Source: Octopus sinensis
Taxonomy: Eukaryota
Reading direction: 5' to 3'
Length of the DNA: 64,000 bases
Assembly (NCBI RefSeq): GCF_006345805.1
Contig: NW_021836309.1
Span: 1 to 64,000, forward strand
Part shown: positions 23,101 to 39,000 of the stretch, piece after piece
Layout: every line of letters begins with the position of its first letter
How positions within the stretch are numbered: position 1 is the first letter of the stretch
Made by a program: the position numbers and the translations under genes
The notes under the pieces: generated by a model
Told to the model about the DNA's origin: nothing
The model's database searches: none
The model's input: the letters and a program-made list of their open reading frames with translations, nothing else

Positions 23101-26100
23101 TGTATGTATGTATGTATGTATGTATGTATGCATGCATGTATATATGTATACATGTACGTATGTATGTATGCATGTATGTATGTATGTATGTATGTATGTA
23201 TCTATGTATGTATGTGTGTATGTATGTATGTATGTATGTATGTATTCATGTATGTATGTATGCATGTATGTATGTATGTATGTATGTATATATGTATGTA
23301 TGTATGTATGTAGGTATAAATGTATGTATGTATGTATGCAGGTATATATGTATGCATGTATGTATGTATGTATTTATGCATGTATGTATGTAGGTATGAA
23401 TGTATGTAGGTATGCATGTATGTATGTATCTATATGTGTACGTATGTATATATGTATGCATGTATGTATGTATGCATGTATGTATGCATGTATGATTGTA
23501 TGTATGTATGTTTGTATGTATGCATGTATGTATGTATGTATGTATTATGTAGGTATGCATGTATGTATATGTGTGTATGTATCTATGTATGTACGTATGC
23601 ATGCATGGATGTATGTATGTATGTATGTATGCATGTATGTATGTATGCATGTATGTACGTATGTATGCATGTATGTATGTATATATGTATGTAAGTATTA
23701 TGTAGGTATGCATGTATGTATATGTGTATGTGTGTATGCATCTATGTAAGTATGTATGCATGTATGTAAGTATGCATGTATGTATGTATGTGTGTATGTA
23801 TGCATGTAAGTATGTATGCATGTATGTATGTATGTATGTATGTGTGTATGTATGTATGTATGTATGTATGTGTGTGTCTATTATATATGTGTGTATATAT
23901 GTGTGTATGTATGTATGTATGTATGTTTGAATGTATGTATTTATGTATGTGTGTATGTATGTATGTAAGTATGTGTGTATGTATGTATGTATGTATGTAT
24001 GTATGTGTGTATGTATGTATGTATGTACATGTGTATGTATGTATATATGTACGTATGTATGTATGTATGTATTTACGTGTGTGTCTATTATGTATGTGTG
24101 TATGTATGTGTGTATGTATGTATATATGTATGTATGTATCTATGTATGTATGTATGTATGTGTGTATGTATGTATGTATGCATGCATGCATGTATGCATG
24201 TATGTATGTGTGTATGCGTGTATGTATGTGTGTATGTATGTATGCATGTATTTATGCATGTATACATGTATGTATGTATGTATGTATGCATGTATGTGTG
24301 TATGTATGTATGTATGCATGTATGTATGTATGTATGTATGCATGTTTGTATGTATGTTTGTATGCATGTATATATGTATGTATGTATGTTTGTATGTATG
24401 GTTATGTATGTGTGTATGTATGTATGTAGGTATTAATGTTGTATGTAGTATGTATGTATGCATGTACGTATGTATGTATTATACATGTATGTTGTATGTA
24501 TGTATGTGTGTAGGTGGTATGTATGTATCTCAGTGTGTATGTGTGTGTGTGTATGTATGCATGTTTGCATGTAAGTATGTATGTACGTATGTATGCATGT
24601 ATGTATGTATGTATGTATGCATGCATGCATGTATGTATGTATGTATGTATGATGTATGCTTACTGCATATATGTATGTATGTATTGTGTATGTGTATGTG
24701 TGTATGTATGTATGTATGTATGTAGATGTATGTTTGCACGTATCTATGTATGTATGCATGTGTGTATGTATGTGTGTATGTATGTATGCATGTATGTATA
24801 TATGCATGCATGTATGTATGTATGTATGCATGTATGTATTTATGTATGTATGTATGTATGTGTGTATGTATGTATGTATGCATGTATGTATGTTTGTATA
24901 TATACATGTATATGTGTATGTATGTATATATGTATGCATGTATGTATGTATATATGTATGTATGTATGTATGTTTGTATGTATGCACATATGTATGTATG
25001 CATGAATGTATGCATGTATGTATGTGTGTATGCATGCATGTATGTATGTATGTATGTATGTGTGTATGTATGTATGCATGCATACATGTATGTATGTATG
25101 TGTTTATGTAAGTATGTATGTATGTATGTATGCTTGTATATATGTATGTATGCATGCATGTATGTATGTATGTATGTGTGTATGTATGTATGTATGTATC
25201 TATGTATGCGTGTATGTATGTATGTGTGTGTGTGTGTCTATTATATATGTGTGTATGTATGTGTGTATGTATGTATGTATGTTTGTATGTATGTTTGTGT
25301 GTATGTATGTGTGTAGGTAGGTATGTATGTATCTATGTGTATGTATGTATGTTTGTATGTGTGTATGTATATGTGTATGTATGTATGTATGTATGTATGT
25401 TTGCATGTATCTATGTATGTATGCATGTATGTATGTATGTATGTGTGTATGTATGTATGTATGCATGCATGTATGTATGTATGTATGTGTGTATGTATGT
25501 GTATGTATGTATGCATGTATGTATATATGCATGCATGTATGTATGTATGTATGCATCTATGTATGTATGTATGTATGTATGTATGCATGTATGAATGTAT
25601 GTATGGTTGTAAGTATACATGAATGTATGTATGTGTGCATGTATGTGTGTATGTATGTATGTATGTATGTGTGTGTATGTATGTATGTAAGTATGTGTTT
25701 CTGTCTGTATGTATGTATGTATGTATGCATGTATGTATGTATGTATGTGTGTATGTATGTATGTATGTACATGTGTATGTATGTATGAATGTATGTATGT
25801 ATGTATGTATGTATGTGTGTATGTATATATGTATGCATGTATGTATGCATGCATGTATGTATGTATGTATGTATGCATGTATGTATGTATGTATGCATCT
25901 ATGTATGTATGTATGTATGTATGCATGTATGAATGTATGTATTGTTGTAAGTATACATGAATGTATGTATGTATGTATGCATGTATGTATGTATGTATGT
26001 ATGTATGTGTGTATGTATGTATGTATGTATATATGTGTATGTGTGTCCATTATGTATGTGTGTATGTATAAATATATGTATGTATATATGCATGTGTGTT

Positions 26101-29100
26101 TGTATGTATGTGTGTATGTACGTGTGTATGTATGTATGTAAGTATGTGTGTATGTATGTATGGATGTATGTATGCGTGTATGTATGTATGTATGTGTGTG
26201 CCTATTATATATGTCTGTATGTATGTATATATGCATGTGTGTATGTACGTATGTCTGTATGTATGTATATATGTATGTATGTATGTATGTATGTGTGTAT
26301 GTATGTATATATGCATGTAAGTATGTATGTATGTATGCATGTATGTATGTGTGTATGTATGTATGTATGTATGTATGCATGCATGTATATATGTATGCAT
26401 GTGCGTATGTATGTATGCATGTATGTATGTATGTATGTATGTATGTATGTATGTGTGTATGTATGTATGTATGTATGTATTCATGTATGTATGTATGCAT
26501 GTATGTATGTATGTATATATGTATGTATGTATGTATGTAGTAGGTATAAATGTATGTATGTATGTATGCATGTATATATGTATGCATGTAGGTATGTATG
26601 TATTTATGCATGTATGTATGTAGGTATGAATGTATGTAGGTATGCATGTATGTATGTATCTATATGTGTATGTATGTATATGTATGCATGTATGTATGAA
26701 TGCATGTATGTATGCAGGTATAGGTGTATGTATGTATGTTTGTATGTATGCAGTATGTATGTATGTATGTATTGTAGGTATGCATGTATGTATATGTGTG
26801 TATGTATCTATGTATGTACGTATGCATGTATGTATGTATGTATGTATGTATGCATGTATGTATGTATGCATATATGTACGTATGTATGCATGTATGTATG
26901 TATATATGTATGTATGTATTATGTAGGTATGCATGTTGTATGTGTATGTGTGTATGTATGTATGTATGTAAGTATGTATGCATGTATGTATGTATGTACG
27001 TATGTATGTGTGTATGTATGTATGTATGTATGTATGTATGTGTGTGTCTATGATATATGTGTGTATATATGTGTGTATGTATGTATGTATGTATGTTTGA
27101 ATGTATGTATTTATGTATGTGTGTATGTATGTATGTAAGTATGTGTGTATTTATGTAGTATGTATGTATGTATGTGTGTATGTATGTTTGTACATGTGTA
27201 TGTATGTATATATGTACGTATGTATGTATGTATTTATGTGTGTGTCTATTATGTATGTGTGTATGTATGTGTGTATGTATGTATATATGCATGTGTGTAT
27301 GTACGTATGTCTGTATGTATGTATATATGTATGTATGTATCTATGTATGTATGTATGTGTGTATGTATGTATGTATGCATGCATGCATGTATGTATGTAT
27401 GTATGTGTGTATGTGTGTATGTATGTGTGTGAATGTATGTATGCATGTATGTATGCATGTATACATGTATGTATGTATGTATGCATGTATGTGTGTATGT
27501 ATGTATGTATGCATGTATATATGTATGTATGTATGCATGTATGTATGTCTGTATGCATGTATATATGTATGTATGTATGTTTGTATGTATGTATATATGT
27601 ATGTGTGTATGTATGTATGTAGGTATGCATGTATGTATGTATGTATGTATGTATGTATGCATGTACGTATGTATGTATGTATACATGTATGTTTGTATGT
27701 ATGTATGTGTGTAGGTAGGTATGTATGTATCTATGTGTGTATGTATGTATGTATGTATGTTTGCATGTATGTATGTAAGTACGTATGTATGCATGTATGT
27801 ATGTATGTATGTATGCATGCATGCATGTATGTATGTATGTATGTATGTATGTATGCGTACATGCATGTATGTATGTATGTATCTCTGTATGCATGTGTGT
27901 ATGTATGTATGTATGTTTGCATGTATCTATGTATGTATGCATGTGTGTATGTATGTGTGTATGTATGTATGCATGTATATATATATATATGCATGCATGT
28001 ATGTATGTATATGTATGTATGTATGTGTGTATGTATGTATGTATGTATGTATGCATGTATGTATGTATGTATATATACATGTATATATGTATGTATGTAT
28101 ATATGTATGCATGTATGTATGTATGTATGTATGTTTTTTGTATGCATGTATGTATGTATGCATGAATGTATGCATGTATGTATGTATGTATGTATGCATG
28201 TATGTATGTATGTATGTATGTGTGTATGTATGTATGCATGCAGTATGCATGTATGTATGTGTTATGTAAGTATGTATGTAGTATGTATGAATGTATATAT
28301 GTATGGTATGCATGTATGTATGTATGTATGTGTGTATGTATGTATGTATGTATCTATGTATGCGTGTATGTATGCATGTATGCGTGTGTGTGTGTCTACT
28401 ATATATTGGTGTGTATGTATGTATGTGTTGTATGTATGATGTATGTTTGTATGTGATGTGTATATTGTTTGTGTATGTATGATGTAAGTATGTTGTGTAT
28501 GCATGTATGTATGCAGCATGCATTATTACATGTGTATGTAACTATATAGTATGTATGTACGTATGTATGTGTGTGTCTATTATGTATGTATGTATGTCTG
28601 TGTATGTATGTATATATGCATGTGTGTATGTATGCATGTCTGTATGTATGCATGCATGTATGTATGTATGTATGCATGTATGTTTGTATGTATGGCTGTA
28701 TGTATGCATGTATGTATGTATGTATGTATGTATGCATGTATGTATGTATGTATGTATGTATGTATGTGTGTATGTATGTATGTATGTGTGTGTGTCTATT
28801 ATGTATGTGTGTATGTATAAGTGTATGTATGTATGTATGTATGTCTGTATGTGTGTATGTATGTACGTATGTATGTATATATGTAGTCTGTGTTATGTAT
28901 GTATGGATTCATGTATGTGTGTATGTGTGTATGTATGTGTGTATGTATGTATGTATGTACATGTGTATGTATTATATATATGTAGGTATTTGTGTGTCTA
29001 TTATGTATGTGTGTATGTATGTGTGTATGTATTTATATATTCATGGTGTATGTACGTATTTCTGTATGTATGTATATATGTATGTATGTAGTATTTGTTA

Positions 29101-32100
29101 TGTATGTGATGTAATGTGTTGTAGTTAGTATAGTATGTATGTGTGTATGTATGTATGTATGTTGTATGTATGGTGTATGGTATGTGTATGTATGTTAGTG
29201 TGTGCAGTACTTATGTATGTAAGATGCATGTATGTATGTATGTACGTATGTAGGTATGTGTGTATGTATGTATGGATGTATGTATGTATGTATTCATGTA
29301 TGTATGTATGTATGTATGCATGTATGTATGTATGCATGTATATATGTATGTATGTATGTATGTATAAATGTATGTATGTATGTATGTATGCATGTATGTA
29401 TGCATGTATTTATGCATGTATGTATGTATGTATGGATGTATGTAGGTATGCATGTATGTATGTATCTATATGTGTATGTATGTATATATGTATGCATGTA
29501 AGTATGTGTACATGTATGTATGTATGTATGTATGTTTGTATGTATGCATGTATGTATGTATGTATGTATGCATGTATGTATATATGTATGCATTTATGTA
29601 CGTATGTATGCATGTATGTATGTATGTTTATATGTATGTATGTATTATGTAGGTATGCATGTATGTATATGTGTATGAGTGTATGTATCTGTTTGTATGT
29701 ATGTATGTTTGTATGTATGTATGTATGCATGTATGCATGTATGTATGTATGTATGTATATATGTATGTGAGTATGTATGTATGCATGTATGTATGTATGT
29801 GTATATGTATGTATGTATGTATGCATGTATGTACGTATGTATGCATGCATGCATGTATGTATGTATGTATGTGTGTATGTATGTATGTATGTAATTATGT
29901 ATGCATGTATGTATGTATGTATGTATGCGTGTATGTATGTATGTATGTATGGATGTATGTATGTATGTATGTATGTATGTGTGTGTCTATTATATATGTG
30001 TGTATGTGTTTGTCTATGAATGTATGTATGTATGTTTGTATGTATGTATTTATGTAAGTATGTGTGTAATGTATGTATGTATGTGTGTATGTATGTATGT
30101 GTGTTGTATGTAGTATGCATGTGTATGTATGTATATATGTATGTATGTATGTATATATGTGAGTGTATATTATGTATGTGTGTATGTATGTGTGTATGTA
30201 TGTATATATGCATGTGTGTATGTATGTATGTCTGTATGTATGTATATATGTATGTATGTATGTATGTCTTTGTGTATGTATGTATGCATGGATGTATGTA
30301 TGTATGTATGTATGTGTGTATGTGTGTATGTATGTGTGTATGTATGTATGCATATATGTATGCATGTATGCATGTATGTATGTATGTATGTATGCATGTA
30401 TGTGTGTATGAATGTATGTATGCATGTATGTATGTATGTATGTATGTATGTATGTATGTATGTTTGTATGCATGTATATATGTATGCATGTATATTTGTA
30501 TGTATGTATATATGTATGTATGTTTGTATGTATGCATGTATGTATGTATGTATATATATATGTATGTATGTTTGTATGTATGTATATATGTATGTATATA
30601 TGTATGTATGTATGTTTGTATGTATGTATATATGTATGTATGTATGTATGTAGGTATGCATGTATGTATGTATGTATGTATGTATGTATGTTTGCATGTA
30701 TGTATGCATGTACGTATGTATGTATTTATACATGTATGTTTGTATGTATGTGTGTATGCATGCATGCATGTATGTATGTATGTATGTATGCTTACCTGCA
30801 TGTTTGTATGTATGTATGTGTGTATGTATGTATGTATGTATGTATGTTTGCATGTATGTATGTATGTATGCATGCATGTATGTATGTATGTATGTATGTG
30901 TGTATGTATGTATGTATGTATGCATGTATGCATGTATGTATGTATGTGTGTATGTCTGTGTGTATGTATATATGCATGTATGTATATATGCATGCATGTA
31001 TGTATGTATGTATGTATGTATGTATGCATGTATGTATGTATGTATGTATGTATATATGTATGCATGTATGTATGTATGTATGCATGTATGTATGTATGCA
31101 TGAATGTATGCATGTATGTATGTATGTATGCATGAGTGTATGTATGTATGTATGTATGTGTGTATGTATGTATGCATGCATGTATGTATGTATGTATGTG
31201 TGTATGTAAGTATGTATGTATGTATGCATGTATGTATGTATGTATGCATGCATGTATGTATGTATGTATGTGTGTATGCATGTATGCATGTATGTATCTA
31301 TGTATGTGTGTATGTATGTATGTATGTATGTGTGTGTCTATTATATATGTGTGTATGTATGTGTGTATGTATGTTTGTATGTATGTTTGTATGTATCTAT
31401 GGATGTGTGTATGTATGTACGTAAGTATATGTGTATGTATGTATGATTGTATGTATGTCTGTGTGTATGTATGTATGTATGTATGTATGTATGTATGTAT
31501 GTATGCTTACCTGCATGTATGTATGTTTGTATGTGTGTATGTATGTATGTATGTTGTGTATGTATGGTGTTGCATGTATCTATGTTTGTATGCATGCATG
31601 TATGTATGTATGTATGTATGTGTGTATATAGTCTGTATGCATGTATGTATGCATGTGTGTATGTATGTGTGTATGTATGTATTCATGTATGTATATATGC
31701 ATGCATGTATGTATATGTATGTGCATGTATGTATGTATGTATGTATGTATGTTGATATGCATGTATGTATGTATGTATGCATGTATGTATGCATGAATGT
31801 ATGCATGTATGTATGTATGTATATATGCATGTATGTATGTATTGTGTTGTATGTATGTTGTGTGTATGTATGTATGCCTGCATGTATGTATGTAAGTATG
31901 TGTGTATGTAAGTATGTATGTATGTATGCATGTATGTATGTATGTAGGCATGTATGCATGTATGTATGTATGTATGTGTGTATGTATGTATGTATGTATG
32001 TATCTATGTATGTGTTATGTATGTATGTATGTATGCATGTATGCTGTATGTATGTATGTGTGTATGTATTGTGTAGTTGTATGTATGCATGTATGTATAT

Positions 32101-33005
32101 ATGCATGCATGTATGTATGTATGTATGTATGTATGCATGTATGTATGTAGTATGTATGTATGTATTATGTATGCATGTATGTATGTATGTATGCATGTAT
32201 GTATGTATGCATGAAAGATGTATGTATGCATGAATGCATGCATGTATGTATGTATCTATAAATGAGTGTATGTATGTATGTATGTATGTATGTATGTGTG
32301 TATGTATGTATGCATGCATGTATGTATGTGTGTAGGTGTGTATGTAAGTATGTATGTATGTATGCATGTATGTATGTATGTATGCATGCATGTATGTATT
32401 TATGTATTGTGTTGTATGTATGTATGTATGTATGTATCTATGTGTGTATGTAGTATGTATGTATGTGTGTGTCTATTATATATGTGTGTATGTATGTGTT
32501 ATGTATGTTTTTGTATGTATGTATGTATGTTTGTATTATCTCTATGTATGTGTGTATGTATGTACGTAAGTATATGTGTATGTATGTATGTATGTATGTA
32601 TGTATGTATGTGTGTGTGTATGTATGTATGTATGTATGTGTGTATGTAGGCATGTATGTATTTACATGTGTATGTATGTATCTATGTATGTATGTATGTA
32701 TGTATGTTTTTGTCTGTTATATATGTGTGTATGTATGTGTGTATGTATGTATGTATGTATATTTGTATGTATGTATGTATGTGTGTATGTATGTATGTAA
32801 GTATATGTGTATGTATGTTTGTATGTATGTGTGTATGTATGTATGTATGTATGTGTGTATGTATGCATGTATGTATGTATGTTTGTATGCATGTATATAT
32901 GTATGTATGTATGCATGTATGTATGTATGTATATATGTATGTATGTATGTTTGTATGTATGTATGTATGTATATATGTATGTATGTATGTATGTTTGTAT
33001 GTATG

Positions 33006-33039
<34 letters not shown>

Positions 33040-36000
33040 GGTATGCATGTATGTATGTATGTATGTATGTATGCATGTACGTATATATGTATTTATACAT
33101 GTATGTTTGTATGTATGTATGTGTGTAGGTAGGTATGTATGTATGTATCTATGTGTGTATGTATGTATGTATGTATGTTTGCATGTATGTATGTATGTAC
33201 GTATGTATGCATGTATGTATGTATGAATGTATGCATGCATGCATGTATGTATGTATGTATGTATGTATGCTTACCTGCATGTATGTATGTATGTATGTGT
33301 GTATGTATGTATGTATGTTTGTATGTATGTATGTTTGCATGTATCTATGTTTGTATGCATGCATGTAAGTATGTATGTATGTGTGTGTGTATGTATGTAT
33401 GTATGTATGCATGTATGTATGTATGTATGTATGTATGTGTGTATGTATGTGTGTATGTATGTATGCATGTATGTATATATACATGCATGTATGTATGCAT
33501 GTATATATGCATGAATGTATGCATGTAAGTATGTATGTATATATGAATGTATGTATGTATGTATGTATGTATGTATGTATGTATGCATGCATATATGTAT
33601 GTATGTATGTGTGTATGTATGTATGTATGCATGCATGCATGTATGTATGTATGTATGTGTGTATGTGTGTATGTATGTGTGTGAATGTATGTATGCATGT
33701 ATGTATGCATGTATACATGTATGTATGTATGTATGTATGTATGCATGTATGTGTGTATGTATGTATGTATGCATGTATATATGTATGTATGTATGCATGT
33801 ATGTATGTATGTCTGTATGCATGTATATATGTATGTATGTATGTTTGTATGTATGTATATATGTATGTGTGTATGTATGTATGTAGGTATGCATGTATGT
33901 ATGTATGTATGTATGTATGCATGTACGTATGTATGTATTCATACATGTATGTTTGTATGTATGTATGTGTGTAGGTAGGTATGTATGTATCTATGTGTGT
34001 ATGTATGTATGTATGTATGTTTGCATGTATGTATGTAAGTACGTATGTATGCATGTATGTATGTATGTATGTATGCATGCATGCATGTATGTATGTATGT
34101 ATGTATGTATGCTTACATGCATGTATGTATGTATGTATCTCTGTATGTATGTGTGTATGTATGTATGTATGTATGTTTGCATGTATCTATGTATGTATGC
34201 ATGTGTGTATGTATGTGTGTATGTATGTATGCATGTATATATATATGCATGCATGTATGTATGTATGTATGTATGTATGTATGTATGTATGTGTGTATGT
34301 ATGTATGTATGTATGTATGCATGTATGTATGTATGTATATATACATGTATATATGTATGTATGTATATATGTATGCATGTATGTAGGTATGTATGTATGT
34401 ATGTTTGTATGTATGCATGTATGTATGTATGCATGAATGTGTGCATGTATGTATGTATGTATGTATGCATGTATGTATGTATGTATGTGTGTATGTATGT
34501 ATGCATGCATGTATGCATATATGTATGTGTTTATGTAAGTATGTATGTATGTATGTATGAATGTATATATGTATGTATGCATGCATGTATGTATGTATGT
34601 ATGTGTGTATGTATGTATGTATGTATCTATGTATGCGTGTATGTATGCATGTATGTGTGTTTGTGTCTACTATATATGTGTGTTTGTATGTTTGTATGTA
34701 TGTATGTATGTATGTTTGTATGTATGTATATTTGTGTGTATGTATGTATGTAAGTATGTGTGTATGTATGTATGTGTGTATGTATGCATGCATGTATCTA
34801 CATGTGTATGTAACTATATATGTATGTATGTACGTATGTATGTGTGTGTCTATTATGTATGTATGTATGTGTGTGTATGTATGTATATATGCATGTGTGT
34901 ATGTATGCATGTCTGCATGTATGCATGCATGTATGTATGTATGTATGTATGTATGCATGTATGTATGTATGTATGCATCTATGTATGTATGTATGTATGC
35001 ATGTATGTTTGTATGTATGGCTGTATGTATGCATGTATGTATGTATGTACGTATGCATGTATGTATGTATGTATGTATGTATGTATGTGTGTATGTATGT
35101 ATGTATGTGTGTGTGTCTATTATGTATGTGTGTATGTATAAGTGTATGTATGTATGTATGTATGTATGTTTGTATGTATGTATGTACGTATGTACGTATA
35201 TATGTAAGTATGTGTGTATGTATGTATGGATGTATGTATGTGTGTATGTGTGTATGTATGTGTGTATGTATGTATGTATGTACATGTGTATATATGTATA
35301 TATGTAGGTATTTGTGTGTCTATTATGTATGTGTGTATGTATGTGTGTATGTATTTATATATTCATGTGTGTATGTACGTATGTCTGTATGTATGTATAT
35401 ATGTATGTATTTATGTATGTATGTGTGTATGTATGTATGTATGAATGCATGTAAGTATGTATGTATGTATGTATGTATGCGTGTATGTATGTGTGTATGT
35501 ATGCATGTATGTGTATATGTATGCATGTACGTATGTATGTATGCATGTATGTATGTATGTATGTATGTAGGTATGTGTGTATGTATGTTTGGATGTATGT
35601 ATGTATGTATTCATGTATGTATGTGTGTATGCATGTATGTATGTATGCATGTATATATGTATGTATGTATGTATGTATAAATGTATGTATGTATGTATGT
35701 ATGCATGTATGTATGCATGTATTTATGCATGTATGTATGTATGTATGTATGGATGTATGTAGGTATGCATGTATGTATGTATCTATATGTGTATGTATGT
35801 ATATATGTATGCATGTAAGTATGTGTACTTGTATGTATGTATGTATGTATGTTTGTATGTATGCATGTATGTATGTATGTATGTATGCATGTATGTATAT
35901 ATGTATGCATTTATGTACGTATGTATGCATGTATGTATGTATGTTTATATGTATGTATGTATTATGTAGGTATGCATGTATGTATATGTGTATGAGTGTA

Positions 36001-39000
36001 TGTATGTCTGTATGTATGTATGATGTTTGTATGTATGTATGTATGCATGTATGCATGTATGTATGTATGTATGTATATATGTTGTGAGTATGTATGTATG
36101 CATGTATGTATGTATGTGTATGTATGTATGTATGTGTGTATGCATGTATGTACGTATGTATGCATGCATGCATGTATGTATGTATGTATGTGTATGTATG
36201 TATGTATGTAATTATGTATGCATGTATGTATGTATGTATGTATTATGTATGTGTGTATGTATGTATGTATGTATGTATGTATGGATGTATGTATGTATGT
36301 ATGTATGTGTGTGTCTATTATATATGTGTGTATGTGTGTGTCTATGAATGTATGTATGTATGTTTGTATGTATGTATTTATGTAAGTATGTGTGTATGTA
36401 TGTATGTATGTGTGTATGTATGTATGTGTGTATGTATGTATGTATGTACATGTGTATGTATGTATATATGTATGTATGTATGTATATATGTGAGTGTATA
36501 TTATGTATGTGTGTATGTATGTGTGTATGTATGTATATATGCATGTGTGTATGTATGTATGTCTTTATGTATGTATATATGTATGTATGTATGTATGTCT
36601 TTGTGTATGTATGTATGCATGGATGTATGTATGTAGTATGTATGTATGTATGTGTGTATGTGTGTATGTATGTGTGTATGTATGTATGCATATATGTATG
36701 CATGTATGCATGTATGTATGTATGTATGTATGTATGCATGTATGTGTGTATGAATGTATGTATGCATGTATGTATGTATGTATGTATGTATGTATGTATG
36801 TATGTTTGTATGCATGTATATATGTATGCATGTATATTTGTATGTATGTATATATATGATGTATGTTTGTATGTATGCATGTATGTATGTATGTATATAT
36901 GTATGTATGTATGTTTGTATGTATGTATATATGTATGTATATATGTATGTATGTATGTTTGTATGTATGTATATGTATGTATGTATGTATGTAGGTATGC
37001 ATGTATGTATGTATGTATGTATGTATGTTTGCATGTATGTATGCATGTACGTATGTATGTATTTATACATGTATGTTTGTATGTATGTGTGTATGCATGC
37101 ATGCATGTATGTATGTATGTATGTATGCTTACCTGCATGTTTGTATGTATGTATGTGTGTATGTATGTATGTATGTATGTATGTATGTATGTTTGCATGT
37201 ATCTATGTATGCATGCATGTATGTATGTATGTATGTATGTATGTATGTATGTATGTATGTATGCATGTATGTATGTATGTATGTGTATGTCTGTGTGTAT
37301 GTATGTATGCATATATGTATATATGCATGCATGTATGTATGTATGTATGTATGTATGCATGTATGTATGTATGTATGTATGTGTGTATATATGTATGCAT
37401 GTATGTATGTATGTATGCATGTATGTATGTATGCATGAATGTATGCATGTATGTATGTATGTATGCATGAGTGTATGTAAGTATGTATGTATCTATGTAT
37501 GTGTGTATGTATGTATGTATGTATGTGTGTGTCTATTATATATGTGTGTATGTATGTGTGTATGTATGTTTGTATGTATGTATGTATGTTTGTATGTATC
37601 TATGGATGTGTGTATGTATGTACGTAAGTATACGTGTATGTATGTATGTATGTATGTATGTATGTATGTCTGTGTGTATGTATGTATGTATGTATGTGTG
37701 TATGTATGCATGTATGTATTTACATGTGTATGTATGTATCTATGTATGTACGTATGTATGTGTTTGTCTGTTATATATGTGTGTATGTATGTGTGTATGT
37801 ATGTATGTATGTATGTATATTTGTATGTATGTATGTATGTGTGTATGTATGTATGTAAGTATGTGTGTATGTATGTTTGTATGTATGTGTATGTATGTAT
37901 GTATGTATGTGTGTATGTATGCATGTATGTATGTATGTTTGTATGCATGTATATATGTATGTATGTATGTTTGTATGTATGTATATATGTATGTATGTAT
38001 GTATGCATGTATGTATGTATGTATGTATATATGTATGTATGTATGTTTGTATGTATGTATGTATGTATGTATATATGTATGTATGTATGTATGTTTGTAT
38101 GTATGTATATATGTATGTATGTATGTATGTAGGTATGCATGTATGTATGTATGTATGTATGTATGTATGTATGCATGTACGTATATATGTATTTATACAT
38201 GTATGTTTGTATGTATGTATGTGTGTAGGTAGGTATGTATGTATGTATCTATGTGTGTATGTATGTATGTATGTATGTTTGCATGTATGTATGTATGTAC
38301 GTATGTATGCATGTATGTATGTATGAATGTATGCATGCATGCATGTATGTATGTATGTATGTATGTATGTATGCTTACCTGCATGTATGTATGTATGTAT
38401 GTGTGTATGTATGTATGTATGTTTGTATGTATGTATGTTTGCATGTATCTATGTTTGTATGCATGCATGTATGTATGTATGTATGTGTGTATGTATGTAT
38501 GTATGTATGCATGTATGTATGTATGTATGTATGTGTGTATGTATGTGTGTATGTATGTATGCATGTATGTATATATGCATGCATGTATGTATGTATGTAT
38601 GTATGCATGTATGTATGTATGTAAGTGTATGCATGTATGTATGTATGTATGCATGTATGTATGCATGAATGTATGCATGTGTGTATGTATGTATATATGC
38701 ATGTATGTATGTATATATGTATGTGTATGTATGTATGCATGCATGTATGTATGTAAGTATGTGTGTATGTAAGTATGTATGTATGTATGCATGTATGTAT
38801 GTATGTATGCATGCATGTATGTATGTATGTATGTGTGTATGTATGTATGTATGTATGTGTGTGTCTATTATATATGTGTGTATGTATGTCTGTATGTATG
38901 TATGTATGCATGTATGCATGTATGTATGTATGTGTGGTATGTCTGTGTGTATGTATGTATGCATGTATGTATATATCATGCATGTATGTTGTATTATGTA

